From an uncultured Candidatus Saccharibacteria bacterium (GTDB lineage: Bacteria > Patescibacteriota > Dojkabacteria > J137): 39,694 bases of DNA. The translations under genes were made by a program, and so were the position numbers. Shown piece after piece: positions 25,564 to 33,571 of this stretch. The notes beneath the pieces are model-generated. The model saw nothing but the letters and a program-made list of their open reading frames with translations, made no database searches and was not told the DNA's origin. Position 1 is the first letter of the stretch. Every line of letters begins with the position of its first letter. The DNA lies in contig CAZYSE010000002.1 in assembly GCA_964650085.1 (NCBI GenBank), positions 4,976-44,669 of the forward strand, written 5' to 3'.

Positions 25564-26375
25564 TATCCAAAAAGTGTAAGTTCTGTTAAATATTCATACT
25601 CGTCTAAGTATGCTGTAATTGTTCTTCCAATTATATAATTAATATCAAAAGCTTTGTTATTCTGATTTTCGATTATCAAATACCTTCCCCGTAATCCTTT
25701 GAAAGTCCCTACTAGATTTAGATTATCACTTATGATTGTGTAGTCTTCAGGATAGAAATATGCTGAAGTTAAATCTACAACTTGCGGCTTTTCTGAGATA
25801 TTAAGAATATCGAACTTGGATTCAAATATTTTTTCTACATTTTCCGAGTTCGGTTTAATTCCTAAATATTTTGACTTGTGCACGGATTTGACGGCTGTTG
25901 TTAGGTTTAATTTGATGGATGTATCTTTTTCCTTTTTTGGAATCTCAAAACCGTCTGCAGAATCAATAAATGAATAAAATTGAGCGTCCTGTTCAAGCAA
26001 ACGGGTTTCACCTCGATCGATATTTGCTGTTCCTACTTTTAGAATTCCTGGTTCAAAATATGCTAGGTAAAGAAAATGTTTCTTTCTGAGATATTCGTTC
26101 ATGCTTTCGTTCGGAGTTGCATTCATAAAAAAGGCAGACTTGAATCCGATTGCTCTTTCGCAATCATCACAAAGAACAGCCTTGTCACCGATCTTATTAT
26201 TTCTTATGCACTTATTGTACTTACTGTTCTGAAAATATCCTGGGCAGAATTTTTCGCTAGAAAGCACAAAGTTGAATTGATACGATTCGAGTGGAATAGT
26301 CGTAAGAGTTTCGTTTTCTAGTAAATCTAGATAAACCTTACGATCTGATTTGTAGTAAATGTCAAAAATCTTCAT
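25563..26375 (-). CDS. Hypothetical protein with a Cys4 zinc-ribbon-like cluster (possibly DUF2797-like)
   Basis: C-x11-C-x12-C-x2-C cluster near residue 45-75. The 270 aa length fits. The family assignment is from memory only. Confidence 0.35.
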   Translation of the reverse strand: MKIFDIYYKSDRKVYLDLLENETLTTIPLESYQFNFVLSSEKFCPGYFQNSKYNKCIRNNKIGDKAVLCDDCERAIGFKSAFFMNATPNESMNEYLRKKHFLYLAYFEPGILKVGTANIDRGETRLLEQDAQFYSFIDSADGFEIPKKEKDTSIKLNLTTAVKSVHKSKYLGIKPNSENVEKIFESKFDILNISEKPQVVDLTSAYFYPEDYTIISDNLNLVGTFKGLRGRYLIIENQNNKAFDINYIIGRTITAYLDEYEYLTELTLFG

Positions 26376-26433
26376 AAATCTGAAATGTTAAATTTTTAAG
26401 ATTTAGGATTTGAGATTTGTAAATTTGGAGGCC

Positions 26434-27789
26434 TTAGCCGACACTTCCTTTCATCGACAATTTGATCAATTCGTTCATTTCCATCGCATATTCCATCGGT
26501 AGCTCTTTTGCTATTGGTTCCACAAAACCAGCGACGATTAGTCCCCCTGCTTCTTCCTCTGTTAGCCCTCTACTCATTAGATAATAAAGTTGAGATTCGC
26601 TAACTCTTGAGACACTTGCTTCATGCTCCACTCTAGCCAATTTTTCGTTGATTTCGTTGTATGGGTAAGTATCTGTTTGTGAAATGTTATCTAATATTAA
26701 TGCGTCACAAACAACTTTCACTTTTGCATTCTTGGCTCCTTTTGTAACTTTCACTAACCCTCGATAACTAGTCCTGCCTCCGTTTTTACAAATTGACTTA
26801 GTTGTAATTACTCCACTTGTATTTTTTCCAATGTGGATTAGTTTAGCTCCTGAATCTAAATGCTGACCTTTATCTGCAACTGCTATCGACAAAATTTCTC
26901 CATGTGACCTATTTCCAACCAAAACAACGCTTGGATACTTCATAGTCTTCTTTGAGCCCATGTTGCAGTCTACCCATTCAATTGTTGCATCGTCATAGGC
27001 TAAGCCTCGCTGTGTTACCAAGTTATAAACATTTTTTGACCAGTTTTGGATTGTTGTGTATCGAATTCTCGCCCCTTTTAATGCAATCAATTCTATAACA
27101 CCTGAGTGTAAAACATCTGTTGAATAAGTTGGTGCGGAGCAGCCTTCAACATATTGTACTTCTGCACCTTCATCCGCAATGATTAAAGTTCTTTCAAACT
27201 GACCCAAGTTTGCAGTTTTTATGTAGAAATACGCTTGTAACGGAACTTGGACCTTTACTCCTTTCGGAACATATACGAAACTTCCTCCACTCCAACACGC
27301 CGTATTTAAAGCGGCGTATTTGTTATCTGTATACGGAATTGATTTGCCGAACCATTTTTGAAACAACTCTGGATATTTTTTAATCGCAGTGTCTGTATCT
27401 GTAAAAATTACACCTTGCTTCTCCCAAATTTCTTTAACCCTGCCGTACACAACACTTGAGTCATACTGTGTCTCTACTCCGGCTAGAAATTTTCTTTCTG
27501 CTTGTGGAATTTTCAACTTATCGAAAGTGTCTTTCATCTCATCAGGTACTTCGTCCCAGGTTCGTGTTTTTTTAGATTCAGGAGTTACGTAAAAACGAAT
27601 GTCGTCTTCCTTTAATTCAGATAAATCCGCTCCCCAAGCCGGCAAAACTCTTTCTGTATAGTGGTCGTAGGCTTTTAAACGTATTTCAGTCATCCAGTCC
27701 GGCTCTTCTTTAAATAGAGATAAAGCTTCAACTACTTCTCTACTTAGTCCGGGTTTCGATAAAATTTCTTTTGCCTTTGTAATATTCAT
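26434..27789 (-). CDS. sufB: Fe-S cluster assembly protein SufB
   Basis: Full-length match to the conserved SufB pattern (…YPSVVLVG…GAKLIHIGKNT…VEHEASVSRVSE…). TGGTATAAT ends 6 nt upstream of the ATG. Confidence 0.93.
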   Translation of the reverse strand: MNITKAKEILSKPGLSREVVEALSLFKEEPDWMTEIRLKAYDHYTERVLPAWGADLSELKEDDIRFYVTPESKKTRTWDEVPDEMKDTFDKLKIPQAERKFLAGVETQYDSSVVYGRVKEIWEKQGVIFTDTDTAIKKYPELFQKWFGKSIPYTDNKYAALNTACWSGGSFVYVPKGVKVQVPLQAYFYIKTANLGQFERTLIIADEGAEVQYVEGCSAPTYSTDVLHSGVIELIALKGARIRYTTIQNWSKNVYNLVTQRGLAYDDATIEWVDCNMGSKKTMKYPSVVLVGNRSHGEILSIAVADKGQHLDSGAKLIHIGKNTSGVITTKSICKNGGRTSYRGLVKVTKGAKNAKVKVVCDALILDNISQTDTYPYNEINEKLARVEHEASVSRVSESQLYYLMSRGLTEEEAGGLIVAGFVEPIAKELPMEYAMEMNELIKLSMKGSVG

Positions 27790-27913
27790 TATTTGATTAT
27801 ACCACTTGAGAAATCGATGAAAGTTTCTGATTCAAAAATTGAAATTTGTGTTGCAATACAATGTCTTTAAGTTTTGTGACCTCTATATTGAAAGAAGTTA
27901 TTAATATATTTTT

Positions 27914-28717
27914 ATGAAAAATCCTACAAAAAAGGTAATGACTTTTTTTGCAATAGGGACGATTATGTTTTCGATGTTACAAGCGCCTGTTCATGCAGTT
28001 GCAGGACAATGGTCCTCTAAAGGAACATCTATTTTTTACAAAGATGGCGGTGTCAGCATCGGTACAAACACACCAAGGAGCAACTTTGATGTCACCGGGG
28101 ATGTTATTTTCGGAAGAGCGGGTGGATCCAAAGTAACCATCCAAACCCCGTCAAGTGATGTTCGACTCCATACATACGGTTCACCACTAGTTATCCCTGT
28201 TGGTAGCGTTGGAATTGGAACTCTAACACCACGTAGTAATTTTGATGTAACTGGAGACGCAATATTTGGTAGATCTGGAGGGTCAAAACTAGTTATCCAA
28301 ACGCCATCGAGTGACGTGCGGCTTTACACTTACGGTCATCCATTGGTTATTCCAGCTGGAAATGTTGGAATTGGAACTTTAATGCCTACTAAAACGTTAT
28401 CGGTCAATGGAACCGTATTAGCAAAAGAAGTAATTGTCTCTACAATTGGAGCCTACTGGCCAGATTATGTTTTCGAAGAAGGGTATGACTTGATGTCTTT
28501 AGCTGAAGTAGAACAGTATATTGAAGAAAATGGACACTTACCAGGAGTGTCCCCTGCTGCTGATATTGAAGAAGATGGCCTTTCTATTGGAGAAATGCAG
28601 AGAATTCATATGGAAAAAATTGAAGAACTTACATTACATTTAATAGAAAAGGATAAAGAAATTGATGGGTTAGAAGAAAGGTTGGAGCGATTGGAATATT
28701 TACTTAGTTTAAATTAG
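27914..28717 (+). CDS. Secreted tail-fibre-like repeat protein with a conserved C-terminal WPDYVF...GHLPGV...coiled-coil domain
   Basis: Signal peptide and 52-aa tandem repeats. The C-terminal module resembles one seen in surface or tail-fibre-like proteins of Bacteroidota. Confidence 0.55.
   Translation: MKNPTKKVMTFFAIGTIMFSMLQAPVHAVAGQWSSKGTSIFYKDGGVSIGTNTPRSNFDVTGDVIFGRAGGSKVTIQTPSSDVRLHTYGSPLVIPVGSVGIGTLTPRSNFDVTGDAIFGRSGGSKLVIQTPSSDVRLYTYGHPLVIPAGNVGIGTLMPTKTLSVNGTVLAKEVIVSTIGAYWPDYVFEEGYDLMSLAEVEQYIEENGHLPGVSPAADIEEDGLSIGEMQRIHMEKIEELTLHLIEKDKEIDGLEERLERLEYLLSLN
28052..28417 (+). repeat. In-frame tandem repeat, 2.3 units of 156 bp (52 aa)
   Basis: The units VSIGTNTPRSNFDVTGDVIFGRAGGSKVTIQTPSSDVRLHTYGSPLVIPVGS and VGIGTLTPRSNFDVTGDAIFGRSGGSKLVIQTPSSDVRLYTYGHPLVIPAGN are followed by a partial third unit. 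Confidence 0.85.
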
Positions 28718-28723
28718 TAATAT

Positions 28724-29353
28724 ATGAATAAGAAAGCCAAATTTCTTGTAATGATACTGTTGTTGGTAGCGATTGTACCTGCGGGAATGTATACGGTTGT
28801 GGAAGGACAGGTTGTGAGTGGTAGCATCGTTGATAATATTGATGAAGCATTAAAAAGTATAGATGTGGGATTGTACAAAGATGTTTATAAAGAAACCATT
28901 TATCCCAAAAATACTTTTGTTATCTCAAACAATAAGTTGGACATAGATGTTATCCCTTTTAGGACATCAGGTATAGAAGACCAAAGTCAGGTTCTAGATG
29001 ACTTCATACTAGAAATGCACGGTGCTGCTGAAGTGCTTTCTCAATCCCACGATTCGGTTGATCCTGATATTGTAATCAGAATCTATAATCTGCATTCAAA
29101 TTATTACGAGGTATTTGTACTTAAGAGTTTAGACGGCACAGCTGCAGTATTCCACGCTCAAATTCAAGCAACAGATTTAAAAAACCTACTAAATGGACAC
29201 CAAAATAAAAGCCTACTAGAGATAGTTCGAAAATCAGATGCAATTCTAAGAGATTCAAAGCTAAACCTCGTAGAGCGTCAACCAAAAAAGATTTTGCAAG
29301 AGTTGCGAGACATTAATAATCAACTTAATTCTAAATTAGAAAATAGTATATGA
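28724..29353 (+). CDS. Secreted or anchored hypothetical protein
   Basis: N-terminal signal or anchor. 6-nt gap from the upstream gene. Confidence 0.5.
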   Translation: MNKKAKFLVMILLLVAIVPAGMYTVVEGQVVSGSIVDNIDEALKSIDVGLYKDVYKETIYPKNTFVISNNKLDIDVIPFRTSGIEDQSQVLDDFILEMHGAAEVLSQSHDSVDPDIVIRIYNLHSNYYEVFVLKSLDGTAAVFHAQIQATDLKNLLNGHQNKSLLEIVRKSDAILRDSKLNLVERQPKKILQELRDINNQLNSKLENSI

Positions 29354-30060
29354 AAAAAATATCTATCAAAATACTAGTTTTATTTACGTTTGGAATTCTT
29401 AACGTAACCCCCATATTGGCTTCTCCTTACATGTGGCCCTCAGACGGATTTGTCGGGTATAGATTTGGTGATACAACTACATATATTAGCCCTCATACAA
29501 ATCCAGATGGGTCTTTGAATAACCATTTCCATAATGGAATTGATATCTGGTCAAATGCCAACGGTGGATGGAATGATGGTCATTCACAATCTAGTAACCC
29601 AGTTTACGCTGTAAGCTCAGGTGTAGTTATCTGGATAGGTGGAGGTGGACTAATAATTAGGAATTCAGATGAGAAGTACTCTAACTATTGGCATGTTAGA
29701 AATCTACAGGTTTCCATAGGACAATCTGTTAATACTTCTACTGTTCTAGGTTACCAGGATAATGATGTAGTGGTGCATGTTCATGTGACTTTATCTACAA
29801 CAGCTAGCGATGCAGGCCACATCGATCCCACACCGTATTTTGAAACAAATGGATATAGTCTTCATGTTGGTAATTCGAATTTGATGCCATGGGGAACACG
29901 AATTCAGAGAGATACAGATTCGTGTGAAGTTGATGAAGCAGTACTCACAAATTTAAACATTCCAAACGGAGCAACTTTTAATTGTGGTAGCGATATTGTA
30001 ACAACTATCAGGAACTCTACCTTTATGCACGGCAGTAATGTAAGATTATATAATTATTAA
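29350..30060 (+). CDS. Secreted M23 family metallopeptidase
   Basis: Signal peptide, HNGIDIW (HxxxD) and the HVHV (HxH) motif. ATGA overlap with the upstream gene. Confidence 0.65.
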   Translation: MKKISIKILVLFTFGILNVTPILASPYMWPSDGFVGYRFGDTTTYISPHTNPDGSLNNHFHNGIDIWSNANGGWNDGHSQSSNPVYAVSSGVVIWIGGGGLIIRNSDEKYSNYWHVRNLQVSIGQSVNTSTVLGYQDNDVVVHVHVTLSTTASDAGHIDPTPYFETNGYSLHVGNSNLMPWGTRIQRDTDSCEVDEAVLTNLNIPNGATFNCGSDIVTTIRNSTFMHGSNVRLYNY

Positions 30061-30071
30061 TTTATCAACAG

Positions 30072-30710
30072 ATGAAGAAAAAGTATTTGATCTTTGCAAT
30101 TTTTACGATAATTGTATCCGCATTAATATTAACGTTGATTTACCTGTATGCTCAAGCTAAAGAAGTAAGCCTTCAACCAATAATTAGTGGGTCAACTTCA
30201 AACCCCGAAGACAACAGCTCTGAAGCATCAAAATTCTCACTCAATATTCCCAACCTTGGATTAAACCAGGGGGGTACTCTTGAATTTGAAACAACAGATC
30301 TACCGAACAACACTACTATTACCGAAGAAAATAGTAAAATCACTTTCGAAAATGATTCATTCGAATTAATTTTATCTCTAGGTTTAGGAGAAAGTGGTGG
30401 ACTTTACGATGGAATGATAAAAGAGGTTACAATAGCTAGCGGCATTAGTGGAGAAGTAGATCGTTATAAGACTACCCAGGGGCAGTTACCTATTGAAGAA
30501 CTCTTCAACAATACAAACTCTAGCTATTACTTCTACACCAACATGTATGCACAGTGTACTATCGAAGTATCTTTCTGTGGAACTGCTGAAATTTCATTCA
30601 ACACCGTAAATGATTACAATTATCAAGGCCATCTAAAAGCATACTGCAATGCCTCTGAAGAATCAGTGAAGTTTTGCGACGAAATACTTGAAAACCTAAA
30701 GCTTGATTAG
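30072..30710 (+). CDS. Membrane-anchored hypothetical protein
   Basis: N-terminal TM helix. Last gene of the secreted cluster. Confidence 0.5.
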   Translation: MKKKYLIFAIFTIIVSALILTLIYLYAQAKEVSLQPIISGSTSNPEDNSSEASKFSLNIPNLGLNQGGTLEFETTDLPNNTTITEENSKITFENDSFELILSLGLGESGGLYDGMIKEVTIASGISGEVDRYKTTQGQLPIEELFNNTNSSYYFYTNMYAQCTIEVSFCGTAEISFNTVNDYNYQGHLKAYCNASEESVKFCDEILENLKLD

Positions 30711-30723
30711 AAAGTTTTACTAA

Positions 30724-31062
30724 CTACTCAACCGGAAAAATCATGTCTCCCGTTTCTTTGTCAAAAATCTTAATGGCAAAGACGGGACATGATTGAGCTC
30801 CCATCAGAATAGTATCATCATCATCAAAATCACCTGAATCCGTATTAATCTCGGCCCTATTTTCGTCATTCATAAAGAAAGTAAGCGGTGCAATTACAGC
30901 ACAACTTGCAGCACCAATGCACTGATTTTTATCGTACTCTACTATAAACTTAGAATTTTCAGATGTAGCTCGATAAAGGCCTTCTCCTATTTCTTCTACA
31001 GTTATATTTCCTTTTTTAAATACTTTTTTTGCCGGAGTCACTGCTCCATTTGAATTATCCAT
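30724..31062 (-). CDS. Small ferredoxin (single Fe-S cluster type)
   Basis: C-terminal CIGAASCAVIAP...CPVFAI pattern of single-cluster ferredoxins. Confidence 0.6.
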   Translation of the reverse strand: MDNSNGAVTPAKKVFKKGNITVEEIGEGLYRATSENSKFIVEYDKNQCIGAASCAVIAPLTFFMNDENRAEINTDSGDFDDDDTILMGAQSCPVFAIKIFDKETGDMIFPVE

Positions 31063-31149
31063 TTTACAATTTTAACAAACATTGACCTAGATAAGGGTTT
31101 TTATCTTAGAATTTGGATTTCATATCATATTATATGATAGACTATAGGA

Positions 31150-32466
31150 ATGCTTGAATTTAATCACGTATCAAAAATCTACGATAACAATATAGTTGCT
31201 GTAAACGATATTTCATTCAAAGTTAAGGACGGCGAGTTCGTTTTCCTTATCGGTGCATCCGGAAGTGGTAAAACTACAGCTATAAAATTATTAATCAGAG
31301 ACGAAAACCCAACTTCTGGAGCTGTGTACTTCAAAGATAGAGACATTACAAAAATCAGCCGTTCACGAGTATATAAAGTAAGAAGAGAAATTGGCGTCAT
31401 TTTCCAAGACTATAAACTTATTCAGGATAAAACCGCTTACGAAAATGTGGCTTTTGCTATGGAAGTTGCAGGAAAAAAGAATAAAGAAATTAGGGAGACA
31501 GTGCCTTATGTATTAGACATCGTTGGACTTAATCATCGATCGAGTTCTTTTCCAAGACAACTTTCTGGAGGCGAACAACAAAGAGTAGCTATTGCTAGAG
31601 CAATTTCTAATAGCCCGCAAGTTCTTATTGCAGACGAGCCTACCGGAAACTTAGATCCTTCAAGTGCATGGGATATTGTTCAAATATTAAACAAAATCAA
31701 CAACTGGGGAACTACAATTATCATGTCGACTCATGGTACAGACATCGTGAACTCGTTAAACAAAAGAGTTATTCAGATGGAAAACGGTAAGATTATTAGA
31801 GATGATAATAAGGGACAGTACGAGCTAGCCCAAAAGCAACAATTTGAAGAACAAATGTCGGGAAACGCAGATGAGGTAGTGAAGAAAAAAGAGAAACTTA
31901 AAATTAAAATCGACTTTGAGGAATCCCCAGAAGAACCTGAGTTGGAAGTAGAAGAAGGATTAGAAATTGAAGCAGCTCCAAAAAGAGGAGGAATCTTTAG
32001 TTTCTTCCGAAGATCTAAGCCTGTTACTACCAATTACAACGCTCTAGAGCAAATTTTAGGAGAACGACCTAACCCAGAACATCAAGAAGAAGTTGAAAAT
32101 GAAGATCAAGATTCAGAAAATGTCGAAATTGAAAATATTGTTGAGGATCAAAAACCTGAAAAGAAGAGTACACCTAAGAAATCAGTAAAAAAGGAAGTTA
32201 AACCAAAGAAAGCAACCACAAAGAAAACTAGACCTCTGAGCATGGATGGTTCGAATGGAGAAATTCATACAGAGCTAGGCGATACTTCGCTTGACCAGTT
32301 AGACTTAGAGCCTGAATTGATAGAAGTATTAAAGGAAGCAGGTTACAATAATGTAGAGGAAATAGTTAATGATGGAGTTGAGATATTGAGTGAGAAAGTT
32401 GACCTTAGTAAAAGAGAATTATTAAAAATTGCTCGATCTATTAAATCTAGTCATACAGAAGAATAA
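31150..32466 (+). CDS. ftsE: Cell division ATP-binding protein FtsE with a ~215-aa C-terminal extension (acidic/Lys-rich linker plus HhH domain)
   Basis: GASGSGKTT, LSGGEQQRVAIARA and LIADEPTGNLD in the first ~220 aa. These are followed by a KKSTPKKSVKKEVKPKKATTKK tract and an LDLEPELIEVLKEAGYNNVEEIV...LSKRELLKIARSI module. ftsX lies immediately downstream. Confidence 0.85.
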   Translation: MLEFNHVSKIYDNNIVAVNDISFKVKDGEFVFLIGASGSGKTTAIKLLIRDENPTSGAVYFKDRDITKISRSRVYKVRREIGVIFQDYKLIQDKTAYENVAFAMEVAGKKNKEIRETVPYVLDIVGLNHRSSSFPRQLSGGEQQRVAIARAISNSPQVLIADEPTGNLDPSSAWDIVQILNKINNWGTTIIMSTHGTDIVNSLNKRVIQMENGKIIRDDNKGQYELAQKQQFEEQMSGNADEVVKKKEKLKIKIDFEESPEEPELEVEEGLEIEAAPKRGGIFSFFRRSKPVTTNYNALEQILGERPNPEHQEEVENEDQDSENVEIENIVEDQKPEKKSTPKKSVKKEVKPKKATTKKTRPLSMDGSNGEIHTELGDTSLDQLDLEPELIEVLKEAGYNNVEEIVNDGVEILSEKVDLSKRELLKIARSIKSSHTEE

Positions 32467-32468
32467 AC

Positions 32469-33470
32469 ATGTTCTCAAGAATATTAGCGAATACAAAAAA
32501 GCAAATTCAAAGAAGTGGCTGGGCTGGTTGGGGTTCAATCAGCGTTATGACACTTGCACTTTTGGTTGCAATTATTTTTGGTGGCCTAGCTTACTTTAGT
32601 AACCTTTGGATTCAATACATTGAATCAAGAAGTAATATTCTTGTTTTCTTTGAAGTTGGAATGGACGAAGAGATAATCCAAGGCTTAAAAGATAAGTGGG
32701 AATTAAATCCTCAAATTAAATCAATTACACACACCACAGAAGCAGAAGCTTACTCAATTTATGGAGATTACTCCTCAAAAGTACAACCGATTCAATATGA
32801 AGTTTTAAGCACAAATCAGTTTATAGATGGTAAATTGCCATCTAGTCTTGATATTCAAATATTTACTCTAAATGACCTCCAATCCGTTACAGATTTTGTA
32901 AAGAAAGATATTGATACCGAAGTCAAGAAACTAGAAATAATCCCTGCTGATGCGAGTAAACCAGTTGAGTATAAGTTTTCACAAGATCCGACTGTACCTC
33001 CGGTCACTTTAAGAGTCGACAGCGAAAGTTTAGACAAGTTAAGAGAAGTATTATTAACATTGAGAGTTGCTGGACTTGCTGTGATCACTCTGTTATTCGT
33101 CGTTATCTTCTTCTTCACATTCATGACCGTAGAATTTAGGCTTTACAATCAGATGGAAGAAATTGGTGTCATGCAATTAGTCGGAGGAAGTCTCTACTTT
33201 ATACGTACGCCTTATATATTTGAAGGTGCGTTTTATGGCTTCATCGGATCCCTAATATCCACGTTCTTGATAGGTACAGTCCTAATAGTTGTGTTTGTAT
33301 TAAACCCAACCTCAGCGATTAGCGTGTTCTTATATGAAAACTTTGCCCGACTTCCTTGGCCACAAGTAACACCTTTTGGATGGGTTGGTGTTGTTGCTTT
33401 CGTAGGTTTTATCGGAGCGTTCATTGGAGGCTTCAGTACATGGTTCTCAATTAGAAGATATATCCGATAA
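32469..33470 (+). CDS. ftsX: Cell division permease-like protein FtsX
   Basis: 2-nt gap after ftsE. It has one N-terminal TM helix, a large extracytoplasmic domain and 3 C-terminal TM helices. Confidence 0.8.
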   Translation: MFSRILANTKKQIQRSGWAGWGSISVMTLALLVAIIFGGLAYFSNLWIQYIESRSNILVFFEVGMDEEIIQGLKDKWELNPQIKSITHTTEAEAYSIYGDYSSKVQPIQYEVLSTNQFIDGKLPSSLDIQIFTLNDLQSVTDFVKKDIDTEVKKLEIIPADASKPVEYKFSQDPTVPPVTLRVDSESLDKLREVLLTLRVAGLAVITLLFVVIFFFTFMTVEFRLYNQMEEIGVMQLVGGSLYFIRTPYIFEGAFYGFIGSLISTFLIGTVLIVVFVLNPTSAISVFLYENFARLPWPQVTPFGWVGVVAFVGFIGAFIGGFSTWFSIRRYIR

Positions 33471-33571
33471 TTAGTTCCCCTACAATACTATTTTCCAATT
33501 TCCTTTTTTAGTCATCTTTAACCCTATCGCCCTACTTTGTCGTATAATTGTTTTATTATTGATAACCCATA

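Noticed and set aside
28052-28363. Diversity-generating retroelement template/variable repeat pair.
   Set aside because: The two units are adjacent and in frame within one gene. Their differences are spread over all bases and mostly synonymous, not adenine-specific. No reverse transcriptase gene is in the window.
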